This document shows, piece after piece, positions 25,977 to 34,578 of a stretch of 39,659 bases of DNA. Position 1 is the first letter of the stretch. Each line of letters starts with the position of its first letter. The notes beneath the pieces are model-generated. The model ran no database searches. It saw nothing but the letters and a program-made list of their open reading frames with translations, and was not told the origin of the DNA. The stretch comes from a virus (taxonomy: Duplodnaviria > Caudoviricetes), in IMG/VR virus record IMGVR_UViG_3300011336_000170, positions 1 through 39,659 of that record. One strand, 5' to 3'. Position numbers and translations under genes: made by a program.

Positions 25977-28900
25977 ATGCCCTATGACGAACAAGGTAAC
26001 TTCTACGGATCTAATGAAGATCTTGGCGACCTAGAGGCGAAGTACGTAAGGCCGGATTACTCCTCACAAATCCCAGGCCAGGTTTCTACCTCTAAGTCTG
26101 AGGCCCCTAAAAGCCTGCGTGAGAAAGCTGTTTCTGCCCTTGTCCAAGCAAATCCTTTAATGGTGGGAAGATCACTCGTAGACACGACTAAGTCCTTTAT
26201 TGGCTCATCGGTTCTTCCTGTTGTGGCGCCTATCAGTGCTGGCGTCCAGGCCTTAAACGCAGCTCCTGGAAACATTTACCGCCGCAGTCGCGGGGAAGAA
26301 GAAGTTAAGACGCCAACGGCAGAAGAGCTGATGCAAAAATACGGCGAGGCCGTGGCTCCTCAAACAGAAATGGGCAAGGGTTTTATTGGTGGCGTTGGCA
26401 AGCTTATGGATACCCTTAAGGTACCCGCTGCTTTTCCGGTAGTTCCTAATGCTCCTAGACGTCCCATGCTGACTCCAACAGACGTGCGCGTAGGAGCTGG
26501 TCAAGTCAAGCAACTGGCCAAGGAACTTCGCGAGACTCCTGCTGACTTCCAAGCTGCGCAATCTGGCCTAAAGCGCCAGAACTTGTATGGTGAAGACACC
26601 ATTGGCGTGAAGGCACAAGCGGCGGCCGATGCTCTTGGCGATACCCTCGAGCGCCGGACTACCTCAGGACGGTCAGCAGTTCCTGGTCTTCCAGGGGCCT
26701 TGACTCCTGAGACCAAGCTTTACGCCGTCCGTCCAAAGGGTTCTCGCATTGTTCAGGCGCAGATACCAGCTACGGCCAAGGGCTTTAGGACTGACAACGA
26801 AACGATCAACACGCTAGTTGAAGACATCTACGGTGACGTTCCTGCTGCTGACATGCCTCCTGCAATGGTCTTTGAAGAATACAATCGCCGGTTTATTCAA
26901 AATAATCCACCTTTGCGAGAGGCCCTCATTGCTGCGGAGCGTCGAAAAGCTAACGAGATGTTTCCAGACGCGCCAACTGAACCCTCTGCTCAGCGGGCCT
27001 ACTCTGTTCTGTATTCCGATCAGCCTAAACGGCATGAGGCATTTTTAGGTCTGCTTGAGGATCTCTTGAATAGTCCTGAGGGGGAGGCTTTTCGCGAACA
27101 AGGGGTTATTGGTCCAAAAGAGTTTATGTCCCGTATGACAGAGGCTGAACGAGTTCTTAAAGGACCTTTTTCAAACTATATCAACAAGACTGTGGGGGCG
27201 GAAGGAAGTCCTACAGTCAAGCTTGCTCGTCAGGGTATTACCTACGAGCGCCCTGAAGACATTAGCCAGTTGGCCGAGTTTGCAAATCCCACTGAGTTGG
27301 CGGATCGACGCCTAGCCTCTGGCTTTCCGGCTATGGGCAGCTTTTACGAGGAGCGTTTGGCCAAGACGGGAGAACTTGATCGCTTAAATGAAGAGATCAA
27401 AGTCCTTGAAGATGCTCGCGCGCCCTTGTTTAATCGTGCTCATGAAGAAGGCATTGACCCGGCTTCAATTCCTGAATATGCCGAGGCAACAAACCCTTTA
27501 CGTCAAAAGCTGCGTCAGCGCGAACAAGTGCTAGGTGAGCTTGAAAACATCAAGCTTGGCACCGCTATGGAAAACGTGGAAGACTCTATCGTCAGGCCAA
27601 TGACCAAGAAGAGCATGCTGAAGAGCCTGCCCTACGAGCAACAACAATTCTTTCCAAGTGTAACTAAGGCCACCGAGGATGAAAAACTATTTCGTATAGA
27701 TAGAGACAGTTTGCTTAAAGACGTGGGCTATAAAAAACTTGGAGCCGCTTTACTGGAAGACATTCTTACAGGCAAGGCCGGTGACACCTCTAAGCTGACC
27801 ATTGAGAATTACATGCGGGAAAAAGGCCTGTCTCGGATAGAAGCTGAAAAAGCAGCCAAGGTCCAAGAACAAAAGTACCGTCAGACCCTTCAAACCACTT
27901 TGCTTGATCGCTTGCGTAACGACCAGAGTGTGAAGACTTTTGGCAATGCCTCTATCATTACTCTTGACCAAAATACGCCGAGAGACGTAGCCATACGAGA
28001 CATGAGTGCAGATACAGCGGTCTTAGACCACTGCGTTGGCCAATGCGGAACTGCCCCCCAAGGACGTAAGAACATCTTGACGGGCAAGCAACAGTACTAC
28101 GAGCCCCTTGTTGATCCCATCACTGGTGAACGTTCAGGCAGGGGCAACAATGAAACCTCTTACGTAAGAGACTTGGAGCGAGGTCATGAGCTAATCAGCG
28201 TTCGCGACTCTAGTACTGGTTTGCCAGCTGCCACAATTCAATTGATCCCTACCAGCGGAGGCAGCGAACTAAGAGACGGCACATTTGACATTGGCTACGC
28301 CTCAGGGGCCAAGAACGAAGCCGTTGATCCAGCCTACACAAATGCAATTCGCGACTACCTGAATCAGAGATCCGGCTCAATTAGAAGCGCCGGGGATAGA
28401 TTAGCTGACCACACTGGCGTGTTTGATGCAAGCAACCCTGGTGACTGGCGGCGAGTGACAAAGGAAGCTGGTCTTACAAAGGATCAAGCAGCGGCTTTTG
28501 ATTTTGAAGCTGGGGAAGGCCTTCCACGGTTTGTGACTGTTGATGATGTCAAGGCTGCCACCAAAGATGTCAGAGAAGCACATCGGGCCCTTGCTGCGCA
28601 AGATCAAGGCCCGGTTGCAACTCTTACTGCCACGGATCATGCCAGGGTGCTGGATGACTTTAACGCTGCTTGGAATAACGCCATTGAAGGGGCTCTTGAA
28701 AACTCAAACCTAGAAAATCCAACTAGAGTCGAAGGAGCTATGAACAGGGCCGTCCTTACCATCTTCCAGCAGCATCTGGAGGATCCGGTTGCCTTTACTC
28801 AAGAGGGCGTCACCAGACTTCGCCGGGCCGAGCGGGATATGCAGAACGTGATTGAAAGCTCATACGCCCAAAATCGCGAAGTAGACACAGAGCTTGCCAA

Positions 28901-30206
28901 TGGGCTTTCAGACCTTTTGACTGATGTTCGTGGTATCCGTTCAAGCATTGAGCGTAGGCTGTCGGCTGCTGAAAATAACCGCGTACAGCCTGAAGAAAAT
29001 TTGCCCGTAGGTGATTGGGAACCTGACGCTGGGCATGCCGCCAATAACCCTGGCCTGCTCCAGGCCGCTGATCGTCTTAGTTTAGCGTTAAGGTACGAAA
29101 TCCCTCCTGTCACAGCAGAAGAGATTTTGACTTATCGATATATGCCGATAGAAAGTCTGGCAGAATTTCGCGACCAGGCTCGTCAAGGGATTGAAGGCAC
29201 AATCTTTGAGACTCTGCCAGATGAAGGCCGGTTAGGGGCATATCGCATGCTCACTGACATAATTGATGAGCGAACCGTTGGAGAAAACTACAATCGCTTG
29301 CGCAACTCTATGCTCACCGATGTGCAGCTTGGCCTGTTAGACCCGGAGCTTATTGATCTGAATATGGTTGTTGAATCCATTCGAGGTCAACAACCACGAA
29401 ATTCACCCCTAATCGATGTGGGTAACGCTGAGCGGCAAATGCTAGCAGACTACATTCAACAGCACGGTTGGGAACCTGAATTTAATCCTCCCGGAGGCCT
29501 ATTGGGAAGACAGCCCGCCCGGCAGTTGCCTGCCCCTGTCGCACCTGCTCAACAAGCCCCGTTTTTGAACGCCCAGTTGGCCCAGCGAGTTGCAGTTCCT
29601 CGTGAAATTCAAGACATGTCCAGGCAAGACTTGATAACCAACATGGAGCCACGCGGAATTCGTCAAGCTGAGGAATTGGCGACGAGGTACTTTGATGAAA
29701 ATATCATCGACGACAATAATACGACCATCAGTGCTTTAACCAACATGATCAGAAATTACAATGTTGGTCCGCACGCCATGACTAACTTTGACGTGCGCGA
29801 ATTGACCGCTCGCAAGCTTGAGGAGATGAACGGGACTGTGGTGCATGATGCGACACAGATTGCTGAGACTCTGCGCGACACGTTTTACGACGATGCAGAC
29901 TCCCAAGAAGACGCAATGCGGCTAATTTCCCGAGACATTGCCGATCTCGAACAACGCGGGGACCTTATATGGGAAGACTTGATTGGCCCAATGGCAGAAG
30001 ACATTCCTTGGAGCCGAAACATTCAGTCCAGGTTGCTTGATAATCTTCGAATCATAGCTGATCAGATCCGCGAGCAAGATAATTTTGCAAAAGGTGGTCT
30101 GGTCAAGAAGAAACGCAAGGCCAACAAGGCCAGAACGTCCTCGGTTGTCACCAGAAGGCACCCAGAGCTTGCCGAAATGCAATATCAGTATGGTGGCATG
30201 GTCTGA
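25977..30206 (+). CDS. Very large internal/polyvalent protein with PcfJ-like domain (1409 aa)
   Basis: GAGG RBS; last gene of the virion module; 'DHCVG…ISVRD…AATIQ…GAKN' at ~27940-28360; basic C-terminal tail with FAKGG and YQYGG. Confidence 0.7.
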   Translation: MPYDEQGNFYGSNEDLGDLEAKYVRPDYSSQIPGQVSTSKSEAPKSLREKAVSALVQANPLMVGRSLVDTTKSFIGSSVLPVVAPISAGVQALNAAPGNIYRRSRGEEEVKTPTAEELMQKYGEAVAPQTEMGKGFIGGVGKLMDTLKVPAAFPVVPNAPRRPMLTPTDVRVGAGQVKQLAKELRETPADFQAAQSGLKRQNLYGEDTIGVKAQAAADALGDTLERRTTSGRSAVPGLPGALTPETKLYAVRPKGSRIVQAQIPATAKGFRTDNETINTLVEDIYGDVPAADMPPAMVFEEYNRRFIQNNPPLREALIAAERRKANEMFPDAPTEPSAQRAYSVLYSDQPKRHEAFLGLLEDLLNSPEGEAFREQGVIGPKEFMSRMTEAERVLKGPFSNYINKTVGAEGSPTVKLARQGITYERPEDISQLAEFANPTELADRRLASGFPAMGSFYEERLAKTGELDRLNEEIKVLEDARAPLFNRAHEEGIDPASIPEYAEATNPLRQKLRQREQVLGELENIKLGTAMENVEDSIVRPMTKKSMLKSLPYEQQQFFPSVTKATEDEKLFRIDRDSLLKDVGYKKLGAALLEDILTGKAGDTSKLTIENYMREKGLSRIEAEKAAKVQEQKYRQTLQTTLLDRLRNDQSVKTFGNASIITLDQNTPRDVAIRDMSADTAVLDHCVGQCGTAPQGRKNILTGKQQYYEPLVDPITGERSGRGNNETSYVRDLERGHELISVRDSSTGLPAATIQLIPTSGGSELRDGTFDIGYASGAKNEAVDPAYTNAIRDYLNQRSGSIRSAGDRLADHTGVFDASNPGDWRRVTKEAGLTKDQAAAFDFEAGEGLPRFVTVDDVKAATKDVREAHRALAAQDQGPVATLTATDHARVLDDFNAAWNNAIEGALENSNLENPTRVEGAMNRAVLTIFQQHLEDPVAFTQEGVTRLRRAERDMQNVIESSYAQNREVDTELANGLSDLLTDVRGIRSSIERRLSAAENNRVQPEENLPVGDWEPDAGHAANNPGLLQAADRLSLALRYEIPPVTAEEILTYRYMPIESLAEFRDQARQGIEGTIFETLPDEGRLGAYRMLTDIIDERTVGENYNRLRNSMLTDVQLGLLDPELIDLNMVVESIRGQQPRNSPLIDVGNAERQMLADYIQQHGWEPEFNPPGGLLGRQPARQLPAPVAPAQQAPFLNAQLAQRVAVPREIQDMSRQDLITNMEPRGIRQAEELATRYFDENIIDDNNTTISALTNMIRNYNVGPHAMTNFDVRELTARKLEEMNGTVVHDATQIAETLRDTFYDDADSQEDAMRLISRDIADLEQRGDLIWEDLIGPMAEDIPWSRNIQSRLLDNLRIIADQIREQDNFAKGGLVKKKRKANKARTSSVVTRRHPELAEMQYQYGGMV

Positions 30207-30223
30207 GGCTCCTTGTTCCCCTA

Positions 30224-30391
30224 TCAAAAACGCTATAGAGGATATTTTTAGACTAAACAAAGAGGATCAATACACTCTGTTTTGGTCTTGCGCAATCTAG
30301 AGAGAAAGACGAACGAACGAGTTAAGAATAGTTAGTTATATGAATTGATTCACTCTGTTATGGCTCTAGAATCACTCTATAGCGTTTTTGA
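30224..30391. repeat. Perfect 17-bp inverted repeat flanking a 134-nt AT-rich spacer
   Basis: TCAAAAACGCTATAGAG (30224-30240) and CTCTATAGCGTTTTTGA (30375-30391). Confidence 0.9.
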
Positions 30392-30418
30392 AATCATGGC
30401 TAGTAAAAGTCCCAGCTG

Positions 30419-30466
30419 AAAATAAATTAAAAAAACTGCGTAGCACGTGGTTTTACGCGCTAGAAT
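30419..30466 (+). promoter_or_regulatory. Putative sigma70-type early promoter with UP-like element
   Basis: A-tract at 30419-30435, weak -35 (CTGCGT, 30436-30441), -10 TAGAAT (30461-30466), upstream of the early module; the 19-nt spacing is suboptimal. Confidence 0.4.
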
Positions 30467-30523
30467 CAATCCCATGCACAGCAATCTCGCTTGCATAAAC
30501 AGAAAGAAGAAAGAGAGAATATC

Positions 30524-31510
30524 ATGGCTCACGAAGTTGAAACGATGGCTTACGCCAATGAGACCCCTTGGCATGGCCTTGGCACCCCCGTCGCAGACAA
30601 CCTGACCCCCGCCCAGATGCTTGACGTAGCTGGCCTTGACTGGAAAGTTCAGAAGAAGGCCTTGGTCGTCGACGAACTTGACCACGTGCTAAACAGCCAC
30701 TACGCTTTGGTGCGCGATACAGACAGCAAGATCCTCGGCATCTGCGGCAACGAATATCAGCCTACGCAAAACAGCGACGTCTTTGAGTTCTTTGACAAGT
30801 TCTGTAAGGCCGGCGACATGAAGATGGAGACTGCCGGCTCCCTTTGCGGTGGCAAGCGCGTTTGGGGTCTTGCCAAGATCAATGGCGGCTTTATGTTGGG
30901 CGGCAAAGACGAAGTCCAAGGCTACATCTTGCTTGACAATCCACACATCTGGGGACGCAGCCTGCAGATCTTGTTCACGCCAATCCGCGTAGTTTGCAAC
31001 AATACGTTGACCGCGGCTCTTCAGAACAATACAAACAAAGACAACACCTTCCGCATGTCTCACGATCGCGCGTTTGACGACGAGATCAAGCAGACAGCGG
31101 CTGAAAAAGTTGGCTTGGCTATGAAATCGCTCGACATGTTCAAGCAGCAAGCCGAGTTCTTGTCTACGAAACGCGCCAAAGACCAGCAGGTTATGGAGTT
31201 TTTCTCTAAGCTCATCAATCCGGACCAGTATCAAGCAGCCTTGGTTGCTTCAGAAGATGGTTCCGTCAGCCGTTCAGATCTTGGCCGTACGGTCAACCGT
31301 CTGATCGACATCGTGCAAACCCAACCAGGTGCTGATCTGAAGACGTCAGCAGGTACTTGGTGGGGAGCATTCAACGCCGTGACGTACTACTACGACCACG
31401 TCGCTGGAACTGACCAAGACAAGCGCCTGACAAGCGCGTGGTTTGGTTCAGCCGCAACCCGCAAGCGCCACGCACTTGACTTAGCTGTCGAGTTTGCCGA
31501 AGCAGCCTAA
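30524..31510 (+). CDS. DUF932 family phage/plasmid protein (328 aa)
   Basis: 'MAHEVETMAY…PWHGLG', 'AGLDW.V', 'METAGSL.GGKRVW', 'TPIRVVCNNT', 'GTWWGAFNAVT.Y.DH'. Confidence 0.9.
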   Translation: MAHEVETMAYANETPWHGLGTPVADNLTPAQMLDVAGLDWKVQKKALVVDELDHVLNSHYALVRDTDSKILGICGNEYQPTQNSDVFEFFDKFCKAGDMKMETAGSLCGGKRVWGLAKINGGFMLGGKDEVQGYILLDNPHIWGRSLQILFTPIRVVCNNTLTAALQNNTNKDNTFRMSHDRAFDDEIKQTAAEKVGLAMKSLDMFKQQAEFLSTKRAKDQQVMEFFSKLINPDQYQAALVASEDGSVSRSDLGRTVNRLIDIVQTQPGADLKTSAGTWWGAFNAVTYYYDHVAGTDQDKRLTSAWFGSAATRKRHALDLAVEFAEAA

Positions 31511-31514
31511 AACC

Positions 31515-31532
31515 TAGGGGCTTCGGCCCCTA
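31515..31532 (+). terminator. cUUCGg hairpin after DUF932 (no U-tract; terminator or stability element)
   Basis: TAGGGGC-TTCG-GCCCCTA; shares the 14-mer GGGGCTTCGGCCCC with 101-114. Confidence 0.5.
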
Positions 31533-31555
31533 CCTTCCCACTCTAGGAGAAAATT

Positions 31556-32410
31556 ATGGCAAACGCCAGAGGAAAGTCCATCGACAATACCCACCTGAGC
31601 ATTGATCAGGCGGAAGAGCGCGGTTTCATTCATCGCGACTACATCGCCCACTGCCTACGTTGGACCCACGTGGCCAAGTGGATGGGTAACCCCAAGCATC
31701 GCAAAGACTGCAAGTTGCTTGACATTGGCTGCGGCAAGGACGTACCATTGGCCAAGATGCTCATGACGAGCCGCATGGCGTCTGACGGTCTTGACTACAT
31801 CGGCATTGACTACAACAAGCTGGAAATGCCTAAGGCCTTTGAGAATACCAAGTTCAAGCCAACTCTGATTGGCAACGTTGCCTTCCCAGACTGCACGCTG
31901 CCTCATGACAAGTTTGACGTGATCACAAGCTTTGAGGTCCTTGAACACGTTGAACCACTGCATGCCTATAAGATGCTTGAAGGTATCCGCGATCGCTTGG
32001 CCCCTGAAGGTATTGCCTTCTTGTCCACGCCAGTCTACGACGCAAAGGTTGGGGCGGCAGATAACCACGTCAACGAGATGACTTACGAAGTGATGCAATT
32101 GATGCTGCACAAGGCAGGCTTGGAAGTTGACGCGCACTTTGGTACTTTTGCCTCCATCAAAGACTACAAGGAAATGATTGAAAAAGATGACCTCGATGCA
32201 GTGTTCAGCCGCCTGCGTGATTACTACGACAGCAACTACTTGGCAACTATCTTTGCTCCGCTCTATCCCCACCGATCACGTAATGTGCTTTGGCGAGTCA
32301 AACTGCCGAAAAGCCAAGAGATGTTCAGCCCCGGCAAGTTTGCAGACCTTACTAAGCCACTCTCCAGCAGCGAAGCTTGGCAGCCCCTCTTTGACTACCT
32401 TGGAGAGTGA
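31556..32410 (+). CDS. Class I SAM-dependent methyltransferase (284 aa)
   Basis: AGGAG RBS; motif I 'LLDIGCG', 'YIGID', 'FDVITSFEVLEHV', 'LAPEGIAFLSTP'; small-molecule type, no DPPY/NPPY motif. Confidence 0.9.
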   Translation: MANARGKSIDNTHLSIDQAEERGFIHRDYIAHCLRWTHVAKWMGNPKHRKDCKLLDIGCGKDVPLAKMLMTSRMASDGLDYIGIDYNKLEMPKAFENTKFKPTLIGNVAFPDCTLPHDKFDVITSFEVLEHVEPLHAYKMLEGIRDRLAPEGIAFLSTPVYDAKVGAADNHVNEMTYEVMQLMLHKAGLEVDAHFGTFASIKDYKEMIEKDDLDAVFSRLRDYYDSNYLATIFAPLYPHRSRNVLWRVKLPKSQEMFSPGKFADLTKPLSSSEAWQPLFDYLGE

Positions 32411-32802
32411 TCATGGACATGTTTGACATGGTTGCCGATTTTCATAAAAAGTTTGGACTGGAGCCTACTGCTCAGCCTAACTTTCCAGTTGAAGAGATCT
32501 GGAAACTCAAGAATATGCACATGAGAGAGGAGCTAGACGAGCTTAGGGCGGCTGCGTACGTTGGTAACCTTGAGGAGTACTTTGACGGCCTGATTGACCT
32601 TGTCTACGTAGCTCTTGGGGCGGCCTACTTAGCAGGCCTTCCATTCAACGAAGGCTTTAAGCGGGTGCACGAAGCGAACATGAAAAAAGTGCGCGCTTTA
32701 AGGCAAGAAGATAGCAAACGCGGGTCTACCTATGATATAGTGAAACCTGCAGGATTCGTGGCCCCAACGCTTACGGACCTCATCAGAAAGGAGAAAGAAT
32801 GA
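32407..32802 (+). CDS. MazG-like / PRA-PH all-alpha NTP pyrophosphohydrolase (start could be ATG 32413)
   Basis: 'V.DFHKKFG', 'EELDEL', 'DGLIDLVYVALG', 'VHEANMKK', 'KP.GF'. Confidence 0.85.
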   Translation: MIMDMFDMVADFHKKFGLEPTAQPNFPVEEIWKLKNMHMREELDELRAAAYVGNLEEYFDGLIDLVYVALGAAYLAGLPFNEGFKRVHEANMKKVRALRQEDSKRGSTYDIVKPAGFVAPTLTDLIRKEKE

Positions 32803-33791
32803 AAGGCATTATTGTCATTGATGGTTGCGATGGAACAGGTAAGACTACTCTTGCTAAAGCTATTTGCGACAAGCATGATGGCGTCTACATTCACAACACG
32901 TACCGCTGGCCTTCAAAGATGCCGCTGTATCACACAGCTGCTTTGCATCGCGCATTGAAGATTGCTCGTACACGTCTTGTAGTGATTGATCGCTTGTGGA
33001 TGAGTGAAGCCATCTATGCCGAAGTCTATCGCGACGGCAGCCCTTGGCCTAACATGGGGCGCATGATTGATCGCATTATCCGTAAGGTCGGAGGTATGTA
33101 CATCTTGGCGCAATCTCCACAAGGCCACAAAGAAAAGTTTGAGCAGCTGAAGACAGAGCGCAAAGAGATGTACGACAACGTTGATCGTGTACGTGAACGC
33201 TTTGATCAGTTGTTTGAAGGTGGCTTTGCAGGTCATGATAGCGATTACGCCCAACAGCTGTCTGTGTTTGGTATGCTCAAGCGCGACGACGTCCTTCCAT
33301 ATCGTTATGACATTGAAGGTACAAACCTTGATGTCTATATCGATATGGTGATGTCAGTCCTTGATTCTCGCATGGCTAAGCAATATGCTCCAGCCTTGGA
33401 CCTGCGTACAGAAAACTTTGCAGGCCACGTGCATGAGGCCAACTTCATCTTTGTAGGAGACAAGGCCAATAGCAAATTTAGAGCTGTCAGCTGGCCCTTC
33501 TATGATTTTGGCAATTCAAGCGAGTTTTTTGCTAGTGCTCTTCATGAGTTGACATTTGACGAGACTAGAGCTATTTACATAAACGCTCATGATGAGGATG
33601 GTCTCACGCACATTGATCGATGCCTTTCAGCAAAGCCGTATCTGCACTTGATATGTCTTGGCAATGACGCGCATGCCTCAGTGCACTCACTCACTCGCCG
33701 CATCTCTAACATCTATCATCCGTCATACGCAAAGCGGTTTAACAAAGCCGATGAATTTTTGCTTCAACTTGAGGAGGCTCTCAATGGTTAA
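32799..33791 (+). CDS. P-loop dNMP kinase (thymidylate-kinase-like) fused to a C-terminal uracil-DNA-glycosylase-like domain (330 aa)
   Basis: Walker A 'GCDGTGKTT', 'IDR..MSE.IY'; C-terminal 'FIFVGDKAN…WPF…SS.F…YINA…ICLGNDA…YHPSY' follows UDG-fold motif order. Confidence 0.75.
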   Translation: MKGIIVIDGCDGTGKTTLAKAICDKHDGVYIHNTYRWPSKMPLYHTAALHRALKIARTRLVVIDRLWMSEAIYAEVYRDGSPWPNMGRMIDRIIRKVGGMYILAQSPQGHKEKFEQLKTERKEMYDNVDRVRERFDQLFEGGFAGHDSDYAQQLSVFGMLKRDDVLPYRYDIEGTNLDVYIDMVMSVLDSRMAKQYAPALDLRTENFAGHVHEANFIFVGDKANSKFRAVSWPFYDFGNSSEFFASALHELTFDETRAIYINAHDEDGLTHIDRCLSAKPYLHLICLGNDAHASVHSLTRRISNIYHPSYAKRFNKADEFLLQLEEALNG

Positions 33792-34578
33792 CACGACAAA
33801 CATGAATTGGCAAGGCTTGCTTGATATTGTCATGCACAACGGCAGCGAGACCAGCCCCCGTGGCAAAAAGACAAAAGAGCTCTTGGGCTTTAAGTCGATG
33901 ATTGACATGAATCAGCCGGTCATCACCATCAAGGAACGCGGTCTTGGCTACAAGTTTATGGCAGCAGAAGCAGCTTGGATTATGTCAGGCGACAACCGCG
34001 TTAGCACCATTGCACGTTTTAGTAAGCAGATCAGCAACTTTTCTGATGACGGCATCTTTTTCTACGGGGCATACGGTCCAAGAATACGCGACCAACTGGC
34101 ACACGTTGTCCAGTCGCTATTGGCTGATCCTGACACACGTCAGGCTGTCATCACGATATGGCGTCCAAACCCTCGTGCTTCAAGAGACATCCCTTGCACG
34201 ATCAGCTGCCAGTTTGTAATTCGATCAGGCATGCTCCATTGCTTCATGAACATGCGCTCCTCTGATGCTTGGCTTGGCGTGCCTTACGACTGGTTCAACT
34301 TCAGCATGTTGTCAGCAGGTATTGCCTTGCTTCTTCGTCAGAAAGGTTTAACTGTCCAGCTTGGCTCCCTGCATTTTTATGCTGCAAGCCAGCACCTGTA
34401 CGAAGACAACTGGTTCAAGGTAGATGCTTGCTTAAACGGAGAGATCCTTGGAGACTACGCTCCGATCGACCTTGAATACTTTGAAGACTACGACCACCTA
34501 GTTAATCACTTGTGGACACTGGCAGGTGGCCATGTTCACAACGGTTTTCTCAAGGAATTATCAACATGGAAAGGATAG
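33784..34578 (+). CDS. Thymidylate-synthase superfamily enzyme, probably dCMP-directed (hydroxy)methyltransferase (264 aa)
   Basis: GAGGAGG RBS; 'YGAYGPR', 'TRQAVITIW', catalytic 'DIPC', 'MRSSDAWLGVPYD', 'SQHLYE'; Asp at the specificity position. Confidence 0.85.
   Translation: MVNTTNMNWQGLLDIVMHNGSETSPRGKKTKELLGFKSMIDMNQPVITIKERGLGYKFMAAEAAWIMSGDNRVSTIARFSKQISNFSDDGIFFYGAYGPRIRDQLAHVVQSLLADPDTRQAVITIWRPNPRASRDIPCTISCQFVIRSGMLHCFMNMRSSDAWLGVPYDWFNFSMLSAGIALLLRQKGLTVQLGSLHFYAASQHLYEDNWFKVDACLNGEILGDYAPIDLEYFEDYDHLVNHLWTLAGGHVHNGFLKELSTWKG

Noticed and set aside
30224-30391. Inverted repeat as an IS element or MITE
   Set aside because: No transposase in the window and no clear target-site duplication; kept as an unexplained structured element.
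31556-32410. Methyltransferase as a classical DNA adenine/cytosine methylase
   Set aside because: Lacks DPPY/NPPY and the catalytic PC motif; resembles small-molecule class I enzymes.
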